NCBI GenBank assembly: GCA_963814495.1
Contig: CAWFDJ010000027.1
Span: forward strand, 32,691 to 96,690
Reading direction: 5' to 3'
Origin: an uncultured bacterium
Lineage (GTDB): Bacteria > Actinomycetota > Geothermincolia > Geothermincolales > Geothermincolaceae
DNA length: 64,000 bases
The notes under the pieces were generated by a model. That model made no database searches. It was not told the DNA's origin and saw nothing but the letters and a program-made list of their open reading frames with translations. Below, one piece after another: positions 21,099-32,357 of this stretch (position 1 is the stretch's first letter; each line of letters starts with the position of its first letter). Both the position numbers and the translations under genes were made by a program.

Positions 21099-23449
21099 AT
21101 GAAGAAGACGGCGATCGTGCTTTTCGGCATGGTGATGGCATTTTCGTGCCTGGCGGCCATCCCCGGCTCTACTGCGGCAAACGCTGCTCCTGCTGTTCCC
21201 GTTGCTACCGCCGTATCCGCACCCACATACGCCGGCTGGTGCGCGGGGAATACGCTGGACGGGTACGGGATGCTCCTGCACACCTCGGACGGCCAGAACT
21301 GGACGAGACAGGGGTCGGCGGGAAGCATCCCGGACGTGGACCTCACTGCCGCCGCCGCGCTGAACGCCGACAACTGCTGGGTGGTAGGCGGCAGCATCGA
21401 CGGTTACGGGACCATCCTGCGCACCTCCGACGGCGGCACTACCTGGGTCAGGCAGGGGTCGGCCGCCACCGTGCCCGACGCGGGCCTCTTGAAGATCAGC
21501 GCCGTGGACGCCGAAACCGCCTGGGCGGTGGGCAGCAGCGGGACCGTCGTCTTACACCGGGGACGGCGGCAGCACCTGGGCCTCCAGGCGCACGGACGCC
21601 ATCCCGCTGGTCGACCTCCAAGGGGTCTTCGCCATCGACGCCGACAACGTGTGGGTCACCGGCGGGCCCGACGGCGGCTACGGCACCATCTGCCGGACCA
21701 CGGACGGCGGCCTCTCCTGGGAGAGGAAGGGCAGCCTGGGGGTGCTTCCCATCTCCCAGATCCAGGACGTCAAAGCCGTTGACCAGGACAGCGCCTGGTT
21801 CGTGAACTCTTCCACCGGGGGGCATGCGCCGGAGATGTCGGTGCTGCACACACCGGACAACGGTGCCACCTGGGAAAGCTTTATGCTCGGTACCGCGGGA
21901 GACACCAACGGCGTGGCCGCGGTGGGCGACAGCATCGTCTGGACGGCGTGCGACTACAGCGGGATATTCCGTACCGACGACAACGGGGCGGACGGGTTCC
22001 CGCAGCAGACGGCCGCGCCGGGCTCCTTCTACCTGATGACCATCGACGCCGAGGACAGCGACACCGCCTGGTTGTGCGGGGGGATCCACGACGGCACCGG
22101 TCATCACGGGATCATCGAGCACACCTCGGACGGCGGCGGCACCTGGGCCAGCCAGATCGAGGTCGATATCGAGCTTACGGGCATCTCGGTGGTGAAGCTC
22201 GATGAGAACACCTTCACCTGGTACCTGCCGGAGGGCTCCACCGACGGCGGCATGGAGACCTGGATACTGGTGGAGAACCCCGACCCGGACCCCGTAACCG
22301 TCGACCTGGTCTTCGACACGGGCTCGGGCGAGGTGGCCCCGCCGGCCCTGGCGGGCCTCACCGTCCCGGCCGAGAGCCGCATCTCCTGCGACGCCACCTC
22401 GTTCATCACCACCTACGACCTTTCCACCAGGGTCGTCGCCCACGGAAGCCGGGTCAACTGCGAACGCGCCACCTACGGGAACGGCCGGGCCTGGGGCACC
22501 TCCTCCACCGGCTTCCCCGGGACAGCCGCTCAATGGTGCATGGCGGAGGGCGCGACCGACGGCGGCATGGAATCCTGGACACTGATCGAGAACCCCAATC
22601 CCGACCCGGTGGACGTGAACGTCAGGTTCCTCACCGGCGCGGGCGAGGTCGCGGGCCCCACCGGCACCCTGGCCCCGCATACCCGCTCGTCCTGCCGGGT
22701 GAACGACTGGGTGAACGCTTACGACGTGGCCACGGAAGTCACGGCGTCGGGCGGCGTGGTCTGCGAGCGCTCCACCTACGGAGGGGAGCAGGGAGATGGC
22801 TGGGCCTGGGGCACCTCCTCCGCCGGCACCCCCTTCGCCTCCGCCCAGTGGTACGTGCCCGGCATGGACACCGGAAACGGTGCCTGGATACTGGTCGCCA
22901 ACCCCAATGCCGCGGCGGCGGCGATAGACGTCGAATACTACGCGGGCCAGAGTGTCATCCAGGGACCCCAGGTGACCGTTCCCCTCCCGTTCCCGCGTCA
23001 CCCTCGATGTGAGTGGCTACGTACCCGGCGCCTGCGTGTCGGCCGCGATAACCTCGAGCGGGGCGGAGGTGGTCTGCGAGTGGGCCGAGTACGCGCCCGA
23101 CCTTTCCTGGGGCATCTCCTCCCTTGCCGTACCCGGGCTCCGACCCGACCTCTTCTTCACCGAGGGATCCACCGACGGTGGGATGCGGACCTCTGTCACT
23201 CTCTTCAACCCGGGAGACACCGCGGTCGCCGCCGACTTCGTCCTCTACACCGGCATGGGCAGAATGCTCCCGCCCGCCCTGCAGGATATAACCGTTCCCG
23301 CCCACGGGACCTTTACCGCGGACCTGAACGACTACGTGACTTCCTACGACGTCTCCACCCTGGTGATCGCCGAAGGAACGCTGGCCGGCAGGCGCGTGAC
23401 CTCGTACCCCGGTTCGGGATGGCGCACCGCCTCCGGGGCGGCTGAGTGA
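21099..23449 (+). CDS. Secreted YCF48/BNR-repeat protein with a divergent DUF5719-like module (frameshifts ~21550 and ~22980)
   Basis: Signal peptide, repeated TxDGGxxW Asp-boxes, then WYLPEGSTDGGMETWILVENP-type units. Confidence 0.78.
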
Positions 23450-23460
23450 AAGGGGCTGCC

Positions 23461-24136
23461 ATGACGATAGAAGGAATCGACCGGGAAACGAACGAGCGGC
23501 TCGACAAGGTGCTGCGGATGCGCCGGTCAGTCAGGTCGTTCACGGATGAGGTGCCTCCGCGCGAGCAGATCGAGCAGATAATCAGAGGCGGGCCTGCTGG
23601 CCCCATATGCAGCCGCCGCGGTGGAAGGAGTGAAGCTGTTCCGCCGCTTCTTCGTCTTCGAGCGCGGCGGAGAGGGCTTCGCGAAGGTCGCGGAACTGGC
23701 CGTCGAGCAGATGAAGACCGTGGTAGCCGGCTTCAAGCAGCAATGTGAGGCAAACCCCGCGATAGCGGAGAAAGCGGGGCCGTTCGTGAAACGAGCGGAG
23801 ATGTTGGTCGCTTCGGGAAGGCTTCCGATCGATGACGCGCCTTACTTCATAGTGATCGGGGAGAAAGCGGGCTTCCCTCCCGCGGAGAAGCAGTCCCTTG
23901 CGCACGTGCTTGAGAACATGTGGCTCAAGGCGACGGCCCTGGGTCTCGGCTTCCGCCTCATTTCGCTTATTTCAAATCTCGCCTGCAACGAGGATTTCTG
24001 CGGGCTGGTCGGGGTGGCACCCGGCGAGTTCGCCTTCGACGGCTGCAGCATCGGGTGCGCCACCGAATGGCCGCCCCCGACCCCCAGGCCTTCGTTCGAC
24101 GAAGCGGTGAGCTGGTTCGCCGTAGATATTGCCTGA
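23461..24136 (+). CDS. Nitroreductase-family protein (frameshift ~23600)
   Basis: RRSVRSFTDE, then ENMWLKATALGLG. Confidence 0.8.
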
Positions 24137-24248
24137 GTCTTCCCCGTGTTCACGGATCAGGGAAGGCCGCCCGTGGAGATAGTCGAATTGCTTGACGGTG
24201 TGAGCGTGATATTGTCACGATGCATGTGACAGGTCAGGGGCCCGCCGG

Positions 24249-24866
24249 ATGATCCAGGTCATCGAAACCGGGGATGGGCGCATGGTCGTGCGGGTCAGCC
24301 CGTTCAAGTCCTACGTGTTCGGCCTGGGCTTTCCCTTGGTGACCATCTTCCTGCTTGTCCTCGGCGCGCGCAAGGTATACTACGAGGACCCCTACGACAA
24401 GAGCATCCTGTACTTCATTGCGGCCGTCATCGTCGCCATCATCATCCACGCGGTGATCAGGTGCCGTCGGAAGAACATGGTGGTCATCAACATGCAGACC
24501 CGGGAGATCCTCACCAAGAGTGTCTTTCCCTTTCTTTTCCTGCGGCAGCCCAGGATATATACCATTGGGATGCTTGAGGAGCTCTACTACGACTATCACG
24601 TCTTCTGGTCCCGCCGGTGCCTCTGCTTCGTCTTCTCGGATGGTTACCGGCTGCCCCTGTTGGAGAGTCAATACGCCCCCCTGGACAGGATAGCCCACGA
24701 CCACTGGCGCATCGCCTCCATGCTCGATGTGGGCTACCGCAGCAACATGGACTGGTGGATGGAGGAGAAACGTTCAGTACAGCGGCCAGCTTCCTCTCGA
24801 ATTCCGCGAAGCACTCGCGGGTCTTTTATCAGTATTACATTATATAAAATTTGCCGGGAGAGTTAA
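24249..24866 (+). CDS. Hypothetical membrane protein
   Basis: Two TM segments followed by a soluble domain; the 3' end is uncertain. Confidence 0.5.
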   Translation: MIQVIETGDGRMVVRVSPFKSYVFGLGFPLVTIFLLVLGARKVYYEDPYDKSILYFIAAVIVAIIIHAVIRCRRKNMVVINMQTREILTKSVFPFLFLRQPRIYTIGMLEELYYDYHVFWSRRCLCFVFSDGYRLPLLESQYAPLDRIAHDHWRIASMLDVGYRSNMDWWMEEKRSVQRPASSRIPRSTRGSFISITLYKICRES

Positions 24867-25409
24867 AGGGCTTCGGAGGCGAGTTCCTTCGCCGGTGCCC
24901 AGCTCCAGGATGCGCACCGTGCCGTCCTCGAAGACGCCGGCCGAGGCGGGGTTGCCGCCCATGGGGATGGAGATGCTGCCGGGGTTGACCAGCAGCAGGG
25001 AGCCGAAGCGCTGGATGCCCAGGTGGTGGGTGTGGCCGCGCAGCACCACGTCGGCGCCGTAGCGCGCGCCCAGGTCGGCCAGGCCCGCCTCGTCGTGCTG
25101 GTGCCCGTGGATGACCAGGAAGCGCCAGTCGCCCAGGCCGGTCAGGACGAAGGGGACGATGGGGTCGCGCAGGGCGAAGGCGTCCACCTCGGAGTCGCAG
25201 TTGCCCCGGGCGTGCAGGATGGGTATCTCGCTCTCGTTCATCAGCTCCACCAGCTGCTTGGGATAGTAGGAAGGCAGGACGGGGTTGAAGGCCCCGTTGT
25301 AGAAGTGGTCGCCCGCGTGCAGGATGTAGTCGCAGCCCGCAAAGAGGCCCATGGCCTTCCCCCAGGCCTCCACGTCGCCGTGGGTGTCGCTCACCATCCC
25401 TATCCTCAT
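24863..25409 (-). CDS. YfcE/MJ0936-family metallophosphoesterase
   Basis: SDTHG, HAGD, RGNCD, HGH, GHTH and NPGS motifs; the end is approximate. Confidence 0.88.
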
Positions 25410-25484
25410 GGCGCAGCTCCTTTCATCCTTGTCACCGCCGTTATTTATCATATCAGGAAACCCTGCGTTAAAAAGGAGGCGTAC

Positions 25485-26170
25485 ATGGTTCTCAGTGAAG
25501 CACTGGAAGCGAATCCCTACCCGGGACGGGGCATCCTCGTCGCGCGCACCGGCGACGGCACCTTGACGGGCGGTTACTTCGTCACGGGACGCAGCGAAGC
25601 CTCCCGCGAGCGCGAGATACGCTGCACCGATACGGGGGAACTGGCGGTGGTGGCCAAAGGCGACGTCGACTTCGACCCGCTGCGCCACTACATCGCGGCC
25701 ACGGCGTCGCCCGGACTGGCTGGTCTTCGGCAACGGGGCGCAGGTCTCGACGGTGGCCGAGCGGCTGGCCGGCGGGGAGCAGCCGCAGGTGGCCCTGGAC
25801 GGCCTGGAGCACGAGCCGGACGGCCCCATCTTCACCGACCGCATCACCGCGGTCATGCAGCGCCCGGCGGGGCGGCTGGCCGTCCTCGGCATCGCCCGGC
25901 GCAGCGGGGCGGCCCGGGCCAACAGCAACATCGTCTCCATGACCGTGCGCGACCTGGAGCCCGGGGAGGCGGTGCTCCAGACCACCTACCTCTCCGACGG
26001 GCAGACCATCGAGGGAGGCCTGCTCTTCCCCGAGGTGACCTTGAGCGCGGGCAGCGCTTCGGAACTGCTCGACGAGATGTGGTCCTCCCTCAACCCGGCC
26101 TACCGGGTGGCGGCGGTGGTGCTGCCGGTGGCGGAAGAGGTGGCGGCGCCCTCATCCGCAACGCACGTAA
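25485..26170 (+). CDS. IMP cyclohydrolase-like protein (PurO-type fold), frameshift ~25710
   Basis: NPYPGRGI, YFVTGRSEASR, LRHY, VFGNG.Q, EHEPDGPIFTDRI; AAGGAGG RBS. Confidence 0.7.
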
Positions 26171-26204
26171 GCGAGGAAGGGATCCGGCCCGACCGTCCCG
26201 CGCC

Positions 26205-27005
26205 TCACGCGCCGTCGAGCGGGGGGTGGACGGGGTGGGCACCGCCGCCCATCTCCAGGGCCCTGTCGATGGCCGCGGTCACCAGGCGCTTGGCCTTGCG
26301 CACGGCGTTGGGGAGGGTCTCCCCTTTGGCCAGGTGGGCGGCGATGGCCGCGGAAAAGGTGCAGCCCGAGCCGTGGGCGCGCACGCCCGGGCGGCGCGGC
26401 GCGCTGAACCTGTCGATGCCGCCCTCCCGGGTGAAGAGGAGGTCGACGGCCTGGCCCCCGTCCGCCTCGAGGTGCCCTCCCTTGATCACCACCGCGCCCG
26501 GGCCCATGGCCAGGATGCGCTCGGCCGCCCGGGGCAGGTCGTCGAGGCCGCGCAGCTCGAGGCCGCTGAGCCTCTCGGCTTCGGCCAGGTTGGGGGTGAC
26601 CAGCGCCGCCAGCGGGAACAGCTCGCCGGTCAGCACGTCCACCGCTTCCTCGTCCAGCAGGGCGTGGCCGCTGGTGGAGACCATCACCGGGTCCACCACC
26701 AGGTTGCCCACCGCGTACTCGCGCAGGGTCTCCGCCACCGCGCGGATGATGGGCGCCGCGGCCAGCATGCCCGTCTTGGCCGCGGCGGGGGGCAGGTCGT
26801 CGAGGACGGCGCGCATCTGCGCGCGCACCACCTCGGGCGGGAGGTCGTAGCGGTCCCGCACTTCCACGGTGTTCTGGACGGTGACCGAGGTGATGGCGCA
26901 GGTGCCGTGGACGCCGCAGGCGAAGAAGGCCTTCAGGTCGGCCTGGATGCCCGCCCCTCCGCCGGAGTCGGAGCCGGCCACGGTCAGGGCGACGGGGACG
27001 ATCAC
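26205..27005 (-). CDS. thiD: Hydroxymethylpyrimidine/phosphomethylpyrimidine kinase
   Basis: [44 protein letters not shown]. Confidence 0.95.
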   Translation of the reverse strand: MIVPVALTVAGSDSGGGAGIQADLKAFFACGVHGTCAITSVTVQNTVEVRDRYDLPPEVVRAQMRAVLDDLPPAAAKTGMLAAAPIIRAVAETLREYAVGNLVVDPVMVSTSGHALLDEEAVDVLTGELFPLAALVTPNLAEAERLSGLELRGLDDLPRAAERILAMGPGAVVIKGGHLEADGGQAVDLLFTREGGIDRFSAPRRPGVRAHGSGCTFSAAIAAHLAKGETLPNAVRKAKRLVTAAIDRALEMGGGAHPVHPPLDGA

Positions 27006-27996
27006 ACCTCTCCTCCCCGGAAGTGGTCCCAGCCGCCGGAGGAGATGTCCATCTCGCCCCCCGCGGCGTCGATGACCCGTATCTCCGAGCCCTCCTCCAC
27101 CTCGCCGACGAGCAGGGCCGTCCCCGCCTCCTGCAGGGCCGCCGCCTTATCCGGCTCCACCGCCAGGAGCAGTTCGTAGTCCTCCCCCCCGCCCAGGGCC
27201 AGGTCGACCAGGTCCACCTTGAGCGCGGCGGCGGCTTCCCGGGAATGCGGCGGGAAGGGTATCTTCTCCATCTCCAGCACGGCGCCGGTGCCGCTCTCCT
27301 CGCAGATGTGCTCGAGGTCCTGCAGCAGGCCGTCGCTCAGGTCGATGGCGGCGGTGGCCCCGCGCGAGCGCAGGGAGGCCGAGATGTCCAGGCGGGGCTC
27401 CGGCCTCAGGTGCTTTTCTACATAGTGTGAATATTTCTGCTTGTCGCCGCGGTCCTTCATCAGCGCCGCCAGGCCCAGGGCGGAGGCGCCCACCTCGCCC
27501 GTGAGCATCAGCGCGTCGCCCGGGCGGGCGCCGCTGCGCAGCAGCAGGTCGTCCCGGCCCACCGTGCCCAGCAGGGCCACGTTGACCACCAGGCGGTCGG
27601 GGGAGCGGACGGTGTCCCCGCCCACCAGGGAGCAGCCGTGCTTCACGGCCGCTTCCTTCAGGCCGCTGTAGAACTCCTCGATGGTCGCGATGGCCAGGCC
27701 GGCGGGGATGGCCACCGACACCACCGCCCAGGACGGGGAGCGCCCGCCCATGGCGGCCAGGTCGCTCAGGTTGACGGCCAGCGACTTGTAGCCCAGGGAG
27801 AGGGCGTCGGTGAAGGAGAGGTCGAAATGGATGCCCTCCACCAGCATGTCCGAGGTGAAGGCCAGCAGGTCGGCGCCCCCGGGTCCAGCACGGCGGCGTC
27901 GTCGCCCAGGCCCACCCGCACGCCTTCGCCGCCGTCCTCCAGCATGCGCCGGAAGACGCCGATCAACCCGAATTCGCCGAGTTCAGCCAGTTCCAC
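27002..27996 (-). CDS. thiL: Thiamine-monophosphate kinase (frameshift ~27870)
   Basis: [45 protein letters not shown]. Confidence 0.9.
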
Positions 27997-28035
27997 GGCG
28001 GGCCTTTCTCGTCCGAGACATCCCCTCTACTTCAA

Positions 28036-29284
28036 TTATATAGGACTATTGCTCCGGGACCGACACGAAGAAGACCGTGAACAGCGCCACCGCCACGCAG
28101 GCGAGCCCCCCGAGGAGCAGGGAGGTCCTAGGGACAGGGCGTCCGAGAGGTACCCGAGCAGCAGGCCGCCGAGGGGGAAGACGCCCACGTAGGCCACCAC
28201 CATCATGCTCGCGATCCTCCCCTCCATCTCCCGGGTGCAGTTCCCCTGCAGCGCCGCTCCCACCGCGGAGAGGAAGACCAGGAAGCTCCCCCCCACCCCG
28301 GCGGCGAGGACGCAGGACAGCCAGTACTGGTGAGAGAAGGAGAAGGCGATGAGGAAGGCCGCCGTGGAGAAGGCGCCCGCGCTCATCATGGCCTTCAGCC
28401 CCATCTTCCCCTTCAGCGCCGCCACCGCGGCCATCCCCGCCACCGCCCCCAGGCCGGTCATGCCCACCAGGAAGCCGTAGTGGCTCTCGCCGGCCCCGAG
28501 GAGTTCCCGGCAGACCGAGGGGAGCAGGACGATGAACGCGAGACGCCGAAGAACGACGAGGCCGCAGTTGGCCGCAAGCACCCGGCCCATCCAGCCGTTC
28601 TCCCGCACGTAGCGGAAGCCCTCGGCGAACGCTGAGAACATGCCGCTGAACGTGCCGACCCGGCTGGGCCGGGCGGCGGCAGGCAGTCCCGCGCGGCGAG
28701 GATGAAGGCCATGAACACGCCGAAGGTCAGGGCGTTGAGGTAGAAGGGGAGGTAGTCGGTGGTGGCCGCCAGCAGGGCCCCGCCCGCCACCGGCCCGATG
28801 AACCGGGCCAGGTTGAACTGGACGTTGTTGAGGGTGTTGGCGCTCAGGAGGGTCTCCCGGGCGGACCAGGAAGGGGATGGCGGAGACCCAGGCCGGTATG
28901 AAGATGGCGTAGGCTATACCGGACACCGCCAGCAGGGTGACCAGGGCCGCGTCGTGGACGGAGGTGTGGATGCACGCCCCCATCAGGACGGAGCAGGCCA
29001 TCATCACCGCCTGGCAGACCAGGATGACGCGCCGGCGGTCCATGCGGTCGGACATGGCCCCGGCGAAAAGGCTGAAGAAGAGGCAGGGGACCCAGGCGGC
29101 CATGTTGACCAGGCCGACCACGGTGTCCGAGGAGCTGTTCCGGACGAACCAGAGGACGGCGGTGGACTGCAGCCAGGTGCCGACGCTGGAGACGAAGGCG
29201 CCGGACCAGTACATCCGGAAGGGGCGCGACGGACAGGGCGCTGAAGACGCCGGGCTGCCCGGGCGGCTCGTTCCCCCCGGGCAT
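28036..29284 (-). CDS. MFS transporter embedded in the thi operon (several frameshifts)
   Basis: SSVGTWLQ, AGAMSDRMDRRRV, FAEGFRYV and multiple TM helices. Confidence 0.8.
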
Positions 29285-29310
29285 GTGGCCGGGCCCCTCG
29301 TTCTCGCGGG

Positions 29311-30619
29311 TCAGCAGGGGCCGGTCTCCTTACCCAGGTAGCGGGAGATGAACTCCATGGCGCAGAAGTCGCCGCACATGGTGCAGGCGCGCTCCCCTTC
29401 CACCTTGCGCTCCTCGTACATGGAACGCGCCTTCTCCGGGTCCAGGGCCAGCTCCAGCTGGCGGCTCCCAGTCCAGGGCCTTGCGCGCCCGGCTCATCTC
29501 CAGGTCCCAGTCGGCGGCGCCGGGCCGCCCGCGGGCGAGGTCGGCGGCGTGGGCGGCGATGCGCGTCACCACCGTCCCCTCGCGCACGTCGTCCACCAGG
29601 GGCAGGCCCAGGTGCTCGCGGGGGGTCACGTAGCAGAGGAAGTCGGCGCCGGACATGCCCGCCAGGGCCCCGCCGATGGCCGCGGTGATGTGGTCGTAGC
29701 CGGCGGCCACGTCGGTGACCAGCGGCCCCAGCACGTAGAAGGGCGCGCCGTGGGCCAGCGCCTTGGCCAGCCGGATGTTCGTCTCCACCTGGTGCAGGGG
29801 GATGTGCCCGGGCCCTTCCACCATGCACTGCACCCCGGCCGCGCGGGAGCGCAGCACCAGCTCGCCCAGCACCTGCAGCTCGGATACCTGGGCGGCGTCG
29901 GTGGCGTCGGCGATGGCGCCGGGGCGCATCCCGTCGCCCAGGGAGAGGGTCACGTCGTACTTCGCGCACATCTCCAGCAGGCGGTCGAACTGCTCGTAGA
30001 GGGGGTTCTCCCGGCCGTGGTGGAGGATCCATCCCGCGTGGAAGGAGCCGCCGCGGCTGACGATGTCCGCCACGCGGGGGTTGCGCTCGAGCACCTCCAG
30101 CACGCGCGTGGTGACCCCGCAGTGGACGGTGATGAAGTCCATGCCCGACGAGCAGTGGGCCTCCACCGCCTGGAACATGTCGTCGGCGGTCATCTCCACG
30201 ATGCTGCCCCGCTGCTCCCGCGCTCTGGCGGCGGCCTGGTAGATGGGGACGCTGCCCACGCTCACCGGCGAGTTGCGCACGATCAGCTCGCGTACCGCGT
30301 CGAGGTTGCCGCCGGTGGAGAGGTCCATCACCGCGTCCGCCCCGGCTTCCACCGCCGCCTTGAGCTTGTCCAGCTCCTCCCGCGGCTCCTGGTAGTCGCT
30401 GGAGGTCCCCAGGTTGGCGTTGACCTTGACCGACAGCCCCTCGCCCACCGCGCAGGGGCGCGCCTTGCGCACCCAGCGGTTGGAGGGGACCACCGCGCGG
30501 CCGGCCAGGATGCTTCCCAGCAGCCGGTCCAGCTCGATCCGCTCCTGAGAGGCTATCTCCTTTATGTAAGCGGGGATGTCGCCCGAGGCGATCTCCTGCA
30601 CTACCGTCTTCTCCAGCAT
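29311..30619 (-). CDS. thiC: Phosphomethylpyrimidine synthase (frameshift ~29465)
   Basis: KVNANLGTS, MDLSTGG, TVHCG, SRGGS, SLGDGMRPG, EGPGH, YVTPREHL. The CTMCGDFC C-terminus is recovered in the shifted frame. Confidence 0.95.
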
Positions 30620-30643
30620 CGTGGTACTCCTTTTCTCTTCCTC

Positions 30644-31277
30644 TTATCCCGTCGAGGCGGTCAGGCGGGCCAGGCGCCGGACCGCCTCGGCCATGTCGGG
30701 GGCCCCGGTGACGGCGGAGATGACCGCGATACCGTCCGCCCCCGCCCGTATCACCGCCTCCGCGTCGTCCTCGCCGATGCCCCCGATGGCCACGATGGGA
30801 GAGCGCACCGCGGCGCGTATCGCCGCCAGCCCTTCCAGCCCCATGGCCGGGGCGGCGTCCGGCTTGGAGGGCGTGGGGAACACCGGCCCCACCCCCAGGT
30901 AGTCGGCCCCCGCCGCCTCCGCCTCCCGCGCCTCCTCCGAGGCAGGTGGCGCTGACCCCGATGACCGCCTCCGGGCCCAGCATCTCCCGGGCCGCCCGGT
31001 AAGGCAGGTCCTCCTGCCCCAGGTGGACGCCGTCCGCCCCCGCGGCCCGCGCCACGTCCACCCGGTCGTTGACGACGAGCAGGGTGCCCGGGGCGCGCTC
31101 CGCGATCATCTCCTTGATGCGCAGGGCCAGCTCGAGCAGCTCGCGCGCCGGCATTTCCTTGTCCCGCAGCTGGATGGCCTGCGCGCCCCCCGCCAGGGCG
31201 GCCGCCGCCACGTCCAGGTGGTCCCGGCCCGAGGCCCCGTCCCGGCAGGTGATGACGTACAGCCGGTAATCCCTCAC
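30644..31277 (-). CDS. thiE: Thiamine-phosphate synthase (frameshift ~30940)
   Basis: IQLRDK, VVNDRVD, GVHLGQED, GPVFPTPSK, VAIGGI, AVISAV. Confidence 0.92.
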
Positions 31278-31289
31278 TTCTTCCTCCTG

Positions 31290-31326
31290 AAAACAATGTG
31301 CCGCATTCCCGAAAGGGATGCGGCAC
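31290..31326 (-). terminator. Terminator of the riboswitch expression platform
   Basis: Minus strand GTGCCGCATCCC-TTTC-GGGAATGCGGCAC followed by ATTGTTTT, just before the thiE RBS. Confidence 0.7.
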
Positions 31327-31344
31327 CCGATTACCTACCCTTTA

Positions 31345-31420
31345 TGTTCCCTACGCCGGTATTACCCGGATCAGGTTCGAGGGTGTGATCTCAGCCTCTC
31401 TTTAGAAGCACCCCTACATC
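31345..31420 (-). ncRNA. TPP riboswitch aptamer
   Basis: Minus strand GGGGTGC...GCTGAGA..ACCC..GAACCTGATCCGGGTAATACCGGCGTAGGGAA, upstream of thiE. Confidence 0.95.
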
Positions 31421-31480
31421 TCGTGCGGTTTTCAAATCCTCACCTTCATCATACTCCGGAACGAGCCCGGCGTTAAGTAA

Positions 31481-31518
31481 CCCGGGGTGTGAACCCCGGG
31501 GCTTACGCCCCGGGCTAC
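31481..31518 (-). repeat. GTAG-type REP-like element (overlapping double hairpin)
   Basis: Minus strand GTAG-CCCGGGGC-GTAA-GCCCCGGG, with a second hairpin CCCGGGG-TTCACA-CCCCGGG sharing an arm. Confidence 0.6.
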
Positions 31519-31567
31519 TCCGTGTCGTATAATAGACGGTAAGCGATTCATAAGGGAGGATGTGGAC

Positions 31568-32075
31568 ATGGGCGAAGAGGAAAAGAAAGCGAAGAAGCCG
31601 GCGGCCAGGAAGCCGGCCAAGAAGGAAGAGACGGCCGCGAAGAAGCCCGCCGCGGAGAAGAAGACGCCGGAGCCGCCGGCGCCCGAGCCGGAGAAGGCCG
31701 AGGAGAAACCGCCCGTGGCCGAGGAGGAGCCGGCCGCCGCGGAAGCCCCGCCGGAGGAGAGGGAGCTCAGCGAGGAGGAGCTGCGCAGGCTCATCGAGGA
31801 GCAGATGGAGAAGATCACCGTCAAGGACATCCTGGGGAGCGCCTATGATGGAACTGACCAGCCTGGCCTACAGGAAGATGGGCCTGCCCGAGGACGTCAA
31901 TCTCAAGTACAGGGACTTCGAGCAGGCGCGCCTGGCCATCGACGCAGCTCAATGGGCATGCTCGGCGCGATGGAAGAGAAGGTACCGGAGGAGGAGATCG
32001 ACGCCTTACCGGAGCACCCTGGCCAACCTGCAGATGAACTACGCGCGCCTGGCGAGCCAGGCGGGGAAAGATTAG
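31568..32075 (+). CDS. DUF1844-like protein with a Lys/Glu/Pro-rich N-terminus (frameshifted)
   Basis: ELTSLAYRKMGLP...EQARLAID...LANLQMNY recovered across frames. Confidence 0.6.
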
Positions 32076-32129
32076 GCTGTTCGAGAGGTTTCGCATAAGC
32101 CCGTCGCGGCAAAGGGGGTTCGAGGCGAT

Positions 32130-32348
32130 ATGGATCAAGCGTCGTGGAGCACGATCTGCCTGCAGCTGCAGGGCAAAGAGGTGATGGTCTGGACGCGGGG
32201 CGGCCATTTCTACCGCGGTTTCATGAAGGGGTGGAACGACGCCGGTTACGTGGTGGTGGAGCGAGCCAGCTGCCCCTTTGCCGGGAACGAGCGGGGGGAG
32301 CGCGACTGGGTGATCATCCTGGCGGAGAACATCGACGCCATCTCGTAG
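32130..32348 (+). CDS. Small protein with a possible Sm/LSm-like fold
   Basis: GKEVMVWTRGGHFYRGFMKGWN..YVVV...VIILAENIDAIS; GAGG RBS. Confidence 0.5.
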   Translation: MDQASWSTICLQLQGKEVMVWTRGGHFYRGFMKGWNDAGYVVVERASCPFAGNERGERDWVIILAENIDAIS

Positions 32349-32357
32349 GGGCGACCT

